Of a stretch of 64,000 nt of DNA, positions 12,749-24,030 are shown in pieces. Positions within the stretch are counted from its first letter, which is position 1. Every line of letters starts with the position of its first letter. The notes beneath the pieces were generated by a model. The model saw nothing but the letters and a program-made list of their open reading frames with translations, was not told the DNA's origin and ran no database searches. Origin of the DNA: Guillardia theta CCMP2712 (taxonomy: Eukaryota; Protista; Cryptophyta). Both the position numbers and the translations under genes were made by a program. Location: the NCBI RefSeq assembly GCF_000315625.1, contig NW_005434669.1, positions 629,583 through 693,582 of the forward strand, written 5' to 3'.

Positions 12749-13103
12749 CAGTTGAAGGGACTCAGTGACTAATAAAAGCTTGTGAATACTTCCTCGAGCA
12801 TCTCCCTGAGGCAAGCTTGCATATTGAGTAAAACAAGGGCATGGCTGCGTCATCGCTCGATTGTGGGAATCGCGAGGGGGGGGGGGGAGGATGGAATGAA
12901 GGACGATTGTAGGGGAATAGTGAGAAGGGAAGGGAAGGGAACAAACCAACATATCCGACAACATGGCACCGTAACGAAGAAAATCATTCATTCAGTGAAA
13001 ACGAGGTCTACCTGACTTCCCTTTGACTACGATGTGCTAGCAATCCGTCTTCAAAGTAGCTATTCGATTCAAATGTTTTCTAAACTATATTCACAGATTC
13101 ACA

Positions 13104-14219
13104 ATGGATAACGTGCAAGGAAGGCTGACGAAGCTCGTCCACATCAGCAAGCGAGCTTGCGACCAGTTGGGCATTCTCGTGCGATCCATCTACAGCTCCA
13201 TCGACGAGCAAACAGCCACCGTGAAACAAGATAAGAGCGCCTTCACCATCGCAGACGGTCTCGTGCAGGAGCTGCTGAGCGAGCTGTTCGAGGGCAAGGT
13301 GAAGACGATCGTGGGGGAGGAAGACGATGCGCAGGTGAGGCTGGACAGGAGGCCGATGACGGTAGGATCGCTGTGCGTACCGGAGCAGCACGAGAGGATC
13401 ATCGAGAGGAGCCGGAGAGGGATGCAGGAGCTGGGGCGAGAGCTGGAGGACGGGGGGTACCAGGACCTGACGGTGTTCATCGACCCGATCGACGGGACGC
13501 GAGAGTTCTCGACCAAGAAGGGAGAGCAGTGCAGCATCTGCATCGGCTTCTCGGACGGAGGGGGGCAGGCGGTGGCGGGGCTGGTGTACCGCCCGATCCC
13601 AGAGGGGTGGGAGACGAGCTGGGAGGAGGAGCGGGCGGTAGAGGCATGCACCTGGGGAGGAGGGGCGAGGTCGGAGGGGACGGCGGTAGGGCGGCTGGAT
13701 AGGAAGGAGGGAGGGGGAAGAGGCTTCCTGACAACCAACGGGAAGATCTCAGGGTTTGTGGAGAAGCTGATGGGAGAGCTGAAGGAGGAGCGAGTGAGCT
13801 CGGGGGGAGCTGGGAACAAGATGCTGATGCTGCTGGAGGGGAAGGGCGGGATGTACATTCAAGACAGGGGAGTGAGCCGGTGGGATACATGCGCGGCACA
13901 GGCAGTGATCGAGGCGTACGGGGGGCTTCTATGCCGACTGGATCGGTATCTGGAGGAGGAGAAGCTTGTGCCGTACACGTACGTGAAGGGAGAGAAGAAC
14001 GCGGACTTTGTGAAGGGGCTTGCGGAGCTGACGGCATACAACGCGCGGGAGTGGGGGGAAGGAGGGGAGAGGAGGAAGGCGATGGAGGCGAGGGAGGTGA
14101 AGGCGTACTCGAACCTGAACGGGCTTCTGGCGGTAAGCAAGGAAGGGAGGGAGAGGCTGGGGGAAGTGCGGGAGGCGATGAGGAGGGTAGAGGAGGAGGA
14201 GGGACCTTCATACGACTGA
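13104..14219 (+). CDS. BPNT1-like 3'(2'),5'-bisphosphate nucleotidase / inositol polyphosphate 1-phosphatase (FIG/IMPase superfamily), stand-alone copy
   Basis: Motifs FTIAD, VGEE, FIDPIDGTREF and GGAGNKMLMLLEGK...RWDTCAA match the BPNT1 pattern GGAGNK...WDTCA. Intronless, 371 aa. Confidence 0.9.
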   Translation: MDNVQGRLTKLVHISKRACDQLGILVRSIYSSIDEQTATVKQDKSAFTIADGLVQELLSELFEGKVKTIVGEEDDAQVRLDRRPMTVGSLCVPEQHERIIERSRRGMQELGRELEDGGYQDLTVFIDPIDGTREFSTKKGEQCSICIGFSDGGGQAVAGLVYRPIPEGWETSWEEERAVEACTWGGGARSEGTAVGRLDRKEGGGRGFLTTNGKISGFVEKLMGELKEERVSSGGAGNKMLMLLEGKGGMYIQDRGVSRWDTCAAQAVIEAYGGLLCRLDRYLEEEKLVPYTYVKGEKNADFVKGLAELTAYNAREWGEGGERRKAMEAREVKAYSNLNGLLAVSKEGRERLGEVREAMRRVEEEEGPSYD

Positions 14220-17200
14220 GGGAACTGAACTCTGAGACCCTCAGCTTGAAGGTTTAGGGTGGTAGGGGGTCCGTAGTACATATGGGGTTGTCCCTGAACA
14301 GTATCTTTGTAACTTCAAATTCAAGTATTTCTTCTCGATTGCTGTTCTGATTATTTCGAATATTGAAGAATAATTTGGATTACTCATCACCAAATCTTGT
14401 CGCTTACGCCCCAACTTGACCATCTGCCGCCATGCAACACTTCACCCCTCCATCTCCCTACGACCACCCCACCTTTTCAGAGAACTTTACCCACCTTCGC
14501 TGTTCAAAGCCACGATCCGGTACCCCTCCACTGGCTACCCTACCCCTGTCTCCTGGTCGCTTTTTCCCCCGACTCCAGACTTCCTCCATGGCGAAGTCGC
14601 AAGAACGGTGGACCGCAGTAGGCGACAGCCGCATGCTCGCACCATCTTGCTCCCTCGAACCTGACAGGACAGATACTAGCCTCTAACAGCCCCCTACTCT
14701 CCTTACCCGCCCTCCCCTCCATAGCCCCCCTCCTTCCTCCGCCTCGTCAAGATGCTCGTGCAGTATGCTGCTGGGCAGTGATCGAGAGGGTTTTCTTGAC
14801 CATACATGAGTGGATCGCGAGCTCTTGCCTAGTCACATGGGGCTCTCACTGTCTGCTCTCCTCTCACGGGACCGTGGCACTCGACGCAGGGACACGCCTC
14901 TCCCAAGACGAGGCAGTTCAGCGCAAGGTGACAGCTTCGATTCAGGAATGGTGGAGGAGACCTGGTCACTTGACTCTGGCTCGACGAGTTTCGAGGAGCG
15001 GTCGAGGTATCATGACTTAGAGTGGTCGAGCTGCTCCGTCTTGCGCTATTCGCTGCTTCCTGCACTGGCTGATGGGGTAGAACGCGAGATGGAGAATTTG
15101 CTGCATTGCCGAGTGAGCACGCGTTGTTGGAGCTGTAAGGCAAGGTCGTGGATGCGTTTTGACCCCACTGATGTTTCTTCTTGCAGCACAAGGAGACAAG
15201 ATCCATAACGAGAGCGTTGATGGGTGGGCTCGTGCTCGCTGTCTGCTTCTTGGTTGCCATATGTCTGTATCAATCGTTTCCTTGCAAGGAAGAATGCGTG
15301 ATATCCGTCTTGATCATCCGGCACGGCGAGAAGCCTTTGAACGCGTCAAACTCAAGACTCAGCCCTCTTGGAAGGGCTCGAGCTGCATACCTAGCTCGAT
15401 GCGCATCAGGGAGAACGAGGGCACTAGCTCGCGGCCCTCCGACGATGCTGCTTGCTGCCAAAGCAAACATGAGCAACGGTAGCTCGTTCAGGTCCCATGA
15501 CACCCTCGTCCCTCTCTCGGAGAGCCTTGGAGTACCTCTGTACAGCAACGTGAGCAAGGACGACTTGAACGGCTTCCTGGAGCTGGTGCTCTCAGCTCAC
15601 TGTGGGGATACGATCTTGGTCGCCTGGGAGCACTTTACGATTCCTCTCCTTGTCCAGGCGCTGGGCGTGCCGGAAGATCCTTACTTCTCTCAGTGGCCGA
15701 AGACTTGCAACTCGCTCTACTTTCAAGAACCGAGGCACCTGGAGGCCGACAGCAGCTGCTACGATCTGATATGGCGCATCTCCCTTGATTTGAGAAACTC
15801 AAGTGATGGACCCTCGAGAACTGCCTCACGCGTGACGGAGTTTCATCAAGGTAGGCGGAGGGTGTGAGCAAGGAGAGACAAGTTGTTTCATCTAACAAGA
15901 TGTGACAGGTTTCGGCGGGCGGGAGGGCAGCGACTGTGCTCAAGATCTAGATGTAAATTATTGAAACGACTTGAACATGTAAATAGAATTCGTGCAAAAC
16001 ATGGTCTCTGCGAATCTGCTCTCAACTGCAACTGCCTTCTAATCCTATCTTTGCCATCAGACAAGATTTCCTTCCATGCCCTAGTCCACCGGGACATCCT
16101 TTTTTTTTTCAATAAGCTGCCCTCTCTCCCCCTTCAGTCGTATGAAGGTCCCTCCTCCTCCTCTACCCTCCTCATCGCCTCCCGCACTTCCCCCAGCCTC
16201 TCCCTCCCTTCCTTGCTTACCGCCAGAAGCCCGTTCAGGTTCGAGTACGCCTTCACCTCCCTCGCCTCCATCGCCTTCCTCCTCTCCCCTCCTTCCCCCC
16301 ACTCCCGCGCGTTGTATGCCGTCAGCTCCGCAAGCCCCTTCACAAAGTCCGCGTTCTTCTCTCCCTTCACGTACGTGTACGGCACAAGCTTCTCCTCCTC
16401 CAGATACCGATCCAGTCGGCATAGAAGCCCCCCGTACGCCTCGATCACTGCCTGTGCCGCGCATGTATCCCACCGGCTCACTCCCCTGTCTTGAATGTAC
16501 ATCCCGCCCTTCCCCTCCAGCAGCATCAGCATCTTGTTCCCAGCTCCCCCCGAGCTCACTCGCTCCTCCTTCAGCTCTCCCATCAGCTTCTCCACAAACC
16601 CTGAGATCTTCCCGTTGGTTGTCAGGAAGCCTCTTCCCCCTCCCTCCTTCCTATCCAGCCGCCCTACCGCCGTCCCCTCCGACCTCGCCCCTCCTCCCCA
16701 GGTGCATGCCTCTACCGCCCGCTCCTCCTCCCAGCTCGTCTCCCACCCATCTGGGATCGGGCGGTACACCAGCCCCGCCACCGCCTGCCCCCCTCCGTCC
16801 GAGAAGCCGATGCAGATGCTGCACTGCTCTCCCTTCTTCGTCGAGAACTCTCGCGTCCCGTCGATCGGGTCGATGAACACCGTCAGGTCCTGGTACCCCC
16901 CGTCCTCCAGCTCTCGCCCCAGCTCCTGCATCCCTCTCCGGCTCCTCTCGATGATCCTCTCGTGCTGCTCCGGTACGCACAGCGATCCTACCGTCATCGG
17001 CCTCCTGTCCAGCCTCACCTGCGCACTGTCTTCCTCCCCCACGATCGTCTTCACCTTGCCCTCGAACAGCTCGCTCAGCAGCTCCTGCACGAGACCGTCT
17101 GCGATGGTGAAGGCGCTCTTATCTTGTTTCACGGTAGCTGTTTGCTCGTCGATGGAGCTGTAGATGGATCGCACGAGAGTGCCCAACTGGTCGCAAGCTC

Positions 17201-17234
17201 GCTTGCTGATGTGGACGAGCTTCGTCAGCCTTCC
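13119..17234. repeat. 1101-bp inverted duplication (13119-14219 vs 16134-17234), near-identical
   Basis: Translations differ at only three residues (I/T, D/S, E/D). Identity starts at the GGAAGG encoding G-R-L and ends exactly at the TGA. Confidence 0.95.
14837..15964 (+). CDS. Type II membrane-anchored histidine phosphatase (phosphoglycerate-mutase-like superfamily)
   Basis: TM segment LMGGLVLAVCFLVAICL, then IIRHGEKP, LSPLGRARA, SFRSHDTLVPL, ILVAWEH, WP...YDLIW. Introns inferred at ~15140-15186 (possibly GC-AG) and ~15851-15908. Confidence 0.8.
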
Positions 17235-18960
17235 GGCAGTAGGTTTTTGGTACCACATCTCAGAAATCTTTGCGGCGCTTGATGACTCTTCGATTGTCGA
17301 AGAAGCTTTCATCTCATAGGTTGTAAGCGGCCTATTCTGAAATGTAAGCAGACACTGTTGGAGTAACGCCTCGTCTCGTTTGCTTATTTCAGAGCCACTT
17401 CTATCGAAGCTCACGTCACGTGAACCTGGCTGAAAAGAAGATGAGAAGGAGACTTGAGGATGATGAGGTCAAGATTAGATGTTGATTACTTGTCCTTGAA
17501 ACACGCCTGCTTACCTCGTGCGTGAACTTGTAGAATGGAAGCCATTCCGAGGCGAACAAGTCATCACTCTGCACTCTCCTCATAACGTTTTCAACGTAAT
17601 CGGCGTATTCCTTCGGACCTTCAGATCTTGCCGTTACAAGAAATATCAAAGACCTTAACGTCGGTCGCAATCCATAAAATCCCTCCAGGCTTCAAGCATT
17701 TGTGCATGTGATATAAAATCTAGATGCCCAGCGTGAGTAGATCAAATGAAGAATAGAGACCCCACATTGCTTCGGATGATCCTTCGGGAGATATCCTTTT
17801 TCGATGGCCAAGGATCTGGAAAGAACACCCAGATCTGAACGTAAAGAGAGCTTCAGCCGACTCAAGTCGGGGACGAGACCTCAAGCTCAACCTGATCTAG
17901 CGAGGCTTGCGGCACATGCTCGCTGAGCAGTCGGGATGCATCTCCGCGCACAACCTTCACGTTTTCAAGGTTTTTCTTCGGAGTTGAGTCAAAGAAAGGA
18001 TCAACATGGATTCATCACACCTTATCGAGTTCAGCCAGGCAGTGTGCAATGCTAGTCTTATGAATCTCCACGCCCAAGAAGTTTGTCTGCGACATGTAAC
18101 GCTATGGCTCAGGTCTCTTCAGATGGTCGCACTTGCGGAAACGTCAGCGACATCTCTCTGAGACTTTCGCCTCTCCCGAAGCCCAACTCCAAGACCTGTC
18201 AGGCGTTAGACTCCTGCAAGCATCCCTCCCGTCAGCTGCGTGACTTGCCGTGGGCTGACTAGAGTTTGCAAAGAGCCAGCTGAAGTCAAGCTGCTTGCCT
18301 GTAGCAAGTTAAGCGGCTCATCGAATTCGATCGTCTGATGACAACCGTGCTGGAGGTCTGCTCCAAACTTGCCCCAGAGGCTTCTGAGTATCCGTCGCTG
18401 AGCCGGAGTGATCACTTGCTGTGCCATGGTACTCAGACAAGCCAGACCATATGATGGGAAGCACCTGTCGTTTCTTGTACCATGCTCGCGACAACGGTGA
18501 CTCCTCTTCCCTCTGCCGCCGCTGCAGCCGCTGCGAACTGCGTCATCCACAGAAGACTATTGACCCTCGACGAAACCTTGCAGGCATCGGACAAGCTCTC
18601 CTCCTGGTTAGAGTTCGAAGGGAACAATCGAGGAGCTATGCTGTCGAACGCGTTTTGACCATGCTTACGGAGGCCAGGGAGAGCAGCGGCAGTCGAGAAC
18701 GAATTCGGACTTTGCCGTCGGATCTCTCCAAACCAGGGAGTCTCCGCGAAACAGCATGTAGTCCGGCTCAACAATCCTCTTCCTACGCAGTCAACTCGAG
18801 ACAAGAACCTTGAGGGAGCGAGTCTCCCGTGGCAGCCTCCAAGGAACGAGCACAGACCGATTATCCCAACCTTGCACAACGTCATCCTCTCCCATCCATG
18901 ACGATAGCTTCCTTCTCCTATGCTCCTGGTCCCCAGCCCGCACTTGACGAAGGCTTCCAT
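16134..18960 (-). CDS. trmB: Fusion: bacterial-type TrmB tRNA (guanine46-N7)-methyltransferase plus C-terminal BPNT1-like phosphatase, with N-terminal targeting-like extension (start 18960 or 18885)
   Basis: Exons encode ITPAQRRILRSLWGKFG, VLELGFGRGE, NFLGVEIH, NVKVVRGDA, WVFFPDPWPSKKDISRRII, LKPGGILWIATD and EYADYV. The TrmB C-terminal NRPLTTYEMKA...ISEMWYQK continues without a stop into GRLTKLV...DPIDGT. Confidence 0.85.
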
Positions 18961-19741
18961 CTTGAATCCTCCTCCTCCTCCTCCTCCTCCTCCTCCTCCT
19001 CCTCCTCCTCCTCCTCCTCCTTCCATCGGGCAAAAGTACCGGCCTACCCCCTCACCCCCCACCCCCACCCCTCAAAGTTTCCGAGGGACCCCACCTATCC
19101 TTCTCCCTTTTTATGTTGCAATCGTACCCCCCCTCAGTTGCACGTGCAATGTAGTAGAACTGCGCACATGCTCTGAGTTGAAGAGGACGAGGACGAGGAC
19201 GAGGACGACTGAAGCGTAAGTGTGCTCGAGCTCCGGCCATGCTCGAGCTCCGACCGATCACAGAGGACATGAAGGAATCTTGTCTGATTGCTGCGCTACC
19301 TCGTTGAAGTTGAAGTGCGAATTCCTGGAATGGAGCCCTTGCTGTGCATCCAAGAACAGATTCACCTTCATAACAACAGGTACATGCTGAAAGCGAGATG
19401 AGATTCCATGTTCTGAACGAAGATTCCTATGATGTTTGGAAATACAATGATAGGAAGAGTCTGATCTTTTCGTGAAGTCACAATGTTGTTTCCTTGAGGA
19501 ATTTTTCTTTCTATGCCTTGTTGACTTTTCAAGTAACACTTCAAGAATGACATTGTTTTCAGGTTTTACAGTTGAGTGTATATCATGTTATTATGGAAAA
19601 GTCATAAGTATGTTTTATGTGTCGAAGTTTAAAGGCTTTCATTAAATACGACAAGTAATCAACGAATGTTTCTCTGTCGACTGCATTGTTAGTTTAGTCT
19701 ATCCCCAGCTCAAGACTCTCTCAACTCTCTGTACATAATAT

Positions 19742-21876
19742 CTAATCTATCTTGATTGAAGAATAAATCTTGCGAACAAACGCAAAACAGCTGGCGAATC
19801 CTACGAATCCACAGAGTACAAACATGGCGTAGCACAAGATGAACAAGTAACTGAAGTGCCGAGTCAGACGAAACACAACAACAAACCATGGATTACCCGA
19901 AGAAGATGCAGGTAGCCATGAGATCGAAGACAGTCGCCGGATGAGATCTTGAGAAGTAATGAAAGCTTCCGTAGAGAAACAAGTACACCGCAGTCGTTCC
20001 TGCTGTGCAGAACGAGCGCCACCACCACCTGCAGCACACAAAACAATCACTCCAGATGACCTGCAGGAGCCTCGTCATACCGATAGTCCTCCGCACAGAG
20101 CTGGAGATAGCACAAGACAATCGCGATCTCAACACAGGTGACGATGAGGATCAAGAAGACTACAGCCAGGAAACCGAAAACGTAGTAGAACCTGTGCTGC
20201 CAGATGGAGGACAAGATGAAGAACATCTCGACGAAGACAGCTCCAAACGGCAAGAGACCCCCAGCCATCGCTGAAACCCACGGCGACATGTACCACATCT
20301 GAGGCGGAATCTGTCTCGGAATGGCGCTAACTGAGCAAGGCACGGAGAAAGCATCTTTCCTGAATCCGAGGTAGGCCCCGAAGAAGATGAGAGGAAGCGA
20401 AATGCCAAACCACAACAACATAAGCACGATCAAGGTTCCGAACGGAACCGCTGTCGATGATTGCTTGAACCAGGCAACCAAATTTACAAGGAAGAAAACC
20501 AAGAAGCAAACTCCTGGGAAAAGCAAAGCTGTCATCAAGGTTGCTTTGAAGTGATTTGGCTCCTTCACGAATTTGCAAAACCTTGCAGAGACATAGCCAG
20601 CCGGAACTCCCATCAAGACGTAGAAGAACAAGACTGCAGAAAGGAGGGAACCACGATTTGCCGGAGAAAGGAAACCCAAGGCAGCGAAGAGCAGCGTCAG
20701 GATAGACATGATCAAAAGCTGCACACCCGTTCCTGCACACACTGAAAGCAACGTTGCATGTGAAGGAGGACGAAACACATCATTGTAAACAAGCTTCCAG
20801 CCCGTTTCTTCCCTCATCTCACGGTTCGCCTCATACTTGTCCTCGGCGCTCAGAGCACTTTCATTGTATCGGGCAAAATCCTTTCGGAGAATGCGGGTCA
20901 TGATGAGACCCACGATGCCAGTCAAGAACATGAGGATGACGAGGGAGTTGACGATGGAGAACCAATGGATCTTGTCGTCCGTCATCTGCAAGTAGACGTC
21001 CCAGCGTGACGCCCATTTGATGTTGGTACGTTCCCAGATGACGTCATACGTCCAGATGACCTCGCCGCCTTCCTCCGCATTGATCACTTGCGGGACGTGC
21101 GGTTGGAATTGACCGTTAGGAGGCTGGACACAGGTGGCGAGCTTGACGTAGGGCACCTCAGTCTCGTCCCACTTGCCCGTGTAGTGATGCTGGATCGAGA
21201 AAGGAACAACTTGAAACCCGATGATGAAGTTGCCGTTGTCTTCGGAGTGGCTTGAATGAGCCTCATCAGACGAGTCGACTGGGTGATACAGGATCTTGAA
21301 TCTGAGGTGATTGTTGAGCACAAACTGATCCGCGTTGGACGTGGGGTTATCCTTCTCTGCTTCACTGGTCTCAAGCTTTCCACCTAAGGGATAGCCGAGG
21401 TTGTAAGTTTCAACGGGATCATCTGGTTTGTCCTCATAGGCAAATGTCTGCATTTCGGCCAGTGGGAGGGAATCCAAACGCATGTTCACTCTGTAGTCCA
21501 AGATTGCAAAATCCTGAAACTCCTCCATTTCCTGGGGTGTGTACCTCTTTCTGCACAAGGTTTTGCAGTACTCAGTGACCTTCATCTTTGCCTGAAACGC
21601 ACTCGTATGAGCTCTTTCTCCCGTCAATGCTTCTCCCAGGTTTTCAGGAATGTCTCTGACCCTCTTCGGCGCACAGAAAGGGAGTTGGTAATAGTCGAAC
21701 TGGAGGGGGGTTTCTGTTGAAACAAGAGTCTGAACCTTGATGTTCACCGGCTCTCCGTTCTTAAAGGCACGAGGAGCAACACCAGGCAGGTAGAACCCAG
21801 ACGACATGTGTACCTCGCTCAGAAGCATCGCCAGCGCCAGCGCCATCGCTCGCTTCAGCCCTGTCGGTGCCGCCAT
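19742..21876 (-). CDS. TM9SF / endomembrane protein 70 (nonaspanin)
   Basis: Signal peptide plus FYLPGVAP, YYQLPFC, ENLGEAL, WASRWDVYL, IHWFSIVNS, EETGWKLVYNDVFRPP, LCAEDYR|WWWRSF, C-terminal IYSSIKID. Confidence 0.97.
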
Positions 21877-22568
21877 CACGCTGCCAGCTGCTGACTCACC
21901 TCTTCGGTTACAGTGCCGCTAACCTGACCGTTACTGGCATCAGTCCGATCGGCCCGGCCAGTCACCAGTGGCGGACCGGACCGTGACCTGACTTGAAAAA
22001 CATCGGGCCCGCCCGCCGCCGCCGCCGCCGCCGCCGCCGGGCCCGGCCTGAACTGAACCGTGCCACGGTGAACCTTGCTTTACTCAAAGTTAAGTTAAAA
22101 ATCAGTACGAGGACAATAATGAGAGTCGACTGAGGACTCAGGCCGCTGGGCCTGACACTGTCGCACAGGCCAAACGGCGAGAAAAGAAAGACAGCGAGAA
22201 CCAAACCCAATCCTGCCGACTGCTGTCCCCCAAACTTAAGTGATACGTGAACGGTCACAGTGGCCGCTGGGGGGGGGGGGGCGGGCACACGCGGCGGCGG
22301 CAGGCCGGGCTGCTGGGGCCCGGCCAGGCCCACCACTGAGACGGGCTCAGCCGCGGCCTTATCTTCAAGCCTCCGCCGAGGCTCCGAGGCTGAACAGGCC
22401 GCCGCCCGGAGTCCCCCGGACTCGGGCCCGGGGGGCTCCGACCGCCTCAGTGCGGCCCGGCCACCGGCACCGACAGTGATGAGTGACGTGATGACTCGGT
22501 GAGATGATGAATGATGACAGACCTTGTCAAGACGAACCTGTTTTGGTTTGTTTGAACGAAACTTGAAA

Positions 22569-23997
22569 ATGACGAGAGCGAAGATGGCGATAGACCCGCG
22601 GGAGCTGGTGAGCTGCTGACAGTTACTGGAATCAGTGAATGAGAGACGCAGGACGGAGTAGAGGTGATGGTGATGGAGGTGAAAGAGGTAGGGAATGTAC
22701 AATAGGTAATGTGTGGTAGCCGCGGCGACTATTGGGGGATGAAATTGATCTACAAGAATGACAGCAAGGAGAGATTAATGAATCATGGTGAACAATTGGG
22801 AGATAATCACCACCATTCAGATGAGGATGCAGAAGATTTCATGGAAATGGTTGGGTCTGATCCAGTTTGGAGTTGGTGATTGTTTTGATCAGGTGGAGGC
22901 ACTGGCGGGCAAGGAAGCGTCGCACTCCATATCACGCATACTGAAGCACGCAGCTGAACGACATGGCAGGCACGTTGCGAGGCTTCATGACGAGGTCAGC
23001 ACCTTGGCCGCATCGCTGCTCATTTCGAGGAGACACAACGAGAGCCTGAAGAGATCATTCCTTGCGATCATAAGCGCCTTGCTGGACATCGTTGCTGCCA
23101 CTGCTCAAGTCATCCGAGATGTAAGCACGGAAATTGATCCATCTTCAAACAATGCTCAGAATTCAGTTCCGCGCGGCATGTGCATGTCCTGCCGCGCAGG
23201 AGCGTATCGTGAAGAGATGCTATTAGAGAAGATTGCACAATTACAAGCAGCAAGTGAGTTGCATGAAAGCGAAATTGCGGTACAAATGTCTTGCCTTCAG
23301 GATCTGTGGGATCAGACACAAACGCATGATGAAAGATTTGTTTCTTCGTCCATTTCGACGCCAGCCGATACCGTATCACATGGAAACTTGAATAGACAGG
23401 ACCACTTATCAAGATGCGAAAATGATTCTTACAACCGAGTTTCACATTCCAACGAGCGAAGTCATGAAGTAACCAAAGATAGAAAACTGTCTGATCTTGA
23501 TGAGATGCTGTCCAATCAGTGTCCGGATGCCTCTGCTGTGTCTTACAAGATTTCTGCAAGCAAGATTTCTATCTTCGAGGAGCTGATCTCACCAATGAAA
23601 GAAGAAGCAGATCGCTCACACATGAAAGAAACTAAGCAGGAATTGTCTGTGGACGTCGGAAGATCTCCCCTCAGATCTTCCATGTTACAACAAGGGGGTG
23701 CGAGTGGCAGGGTTATGCAGCGGAGCTCCAGCATCAGGCTGATACCACTTGAGGGTCTGTGACTGTTTGCTCGTGTCCCGCAATCTCATCACTGACAAGT
23801 TGCCAGATGAATCGGCAGCGGCATGGTCAGTGACGACAGGGCATGACGAGACGAAGCGCGGCTCGTCACGCACGTCCTCGTGGGCAAACATGGATCAAGT
23901 AGAGAATCAACTGGCTATCATCTTCTCTACGTCCCAGGCTGTTCTCGAAGCTTCAATCCACAGCGGCGAGAATGAACCAACATTCCAACACAGCTGA
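22569..23997 (+). CDS. Hypothetical protein with coiled-coil segments, multi-exon
   Basis: ORF 22785-23762 plus an exon ending at 23997. Splice signals present; no recognisable domain. Confidence 0.5.
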
Positions 23998-24030
23998 CAT
24001 GATCCATAACCAACAATCATTCACCCAAAA

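Noticed and set aside
13190-14281. Antisense Pro/Ser-rich ORFs (222, 244 and 140 aa) and their mirrors at 15883-17163
   Set aside because: Shadows of the purine-skewed phosphatase ORF.
18968-19020. (TCC)n tracts giving poly-G/P/S/R ORFs (also 42835-42889)
   Set aside because: Upstream microsatellites, not coding.
19230-19740. AT-rich stretch with 60-90 aa ORFs
   Set aside because: No motif or convincing gene structure.
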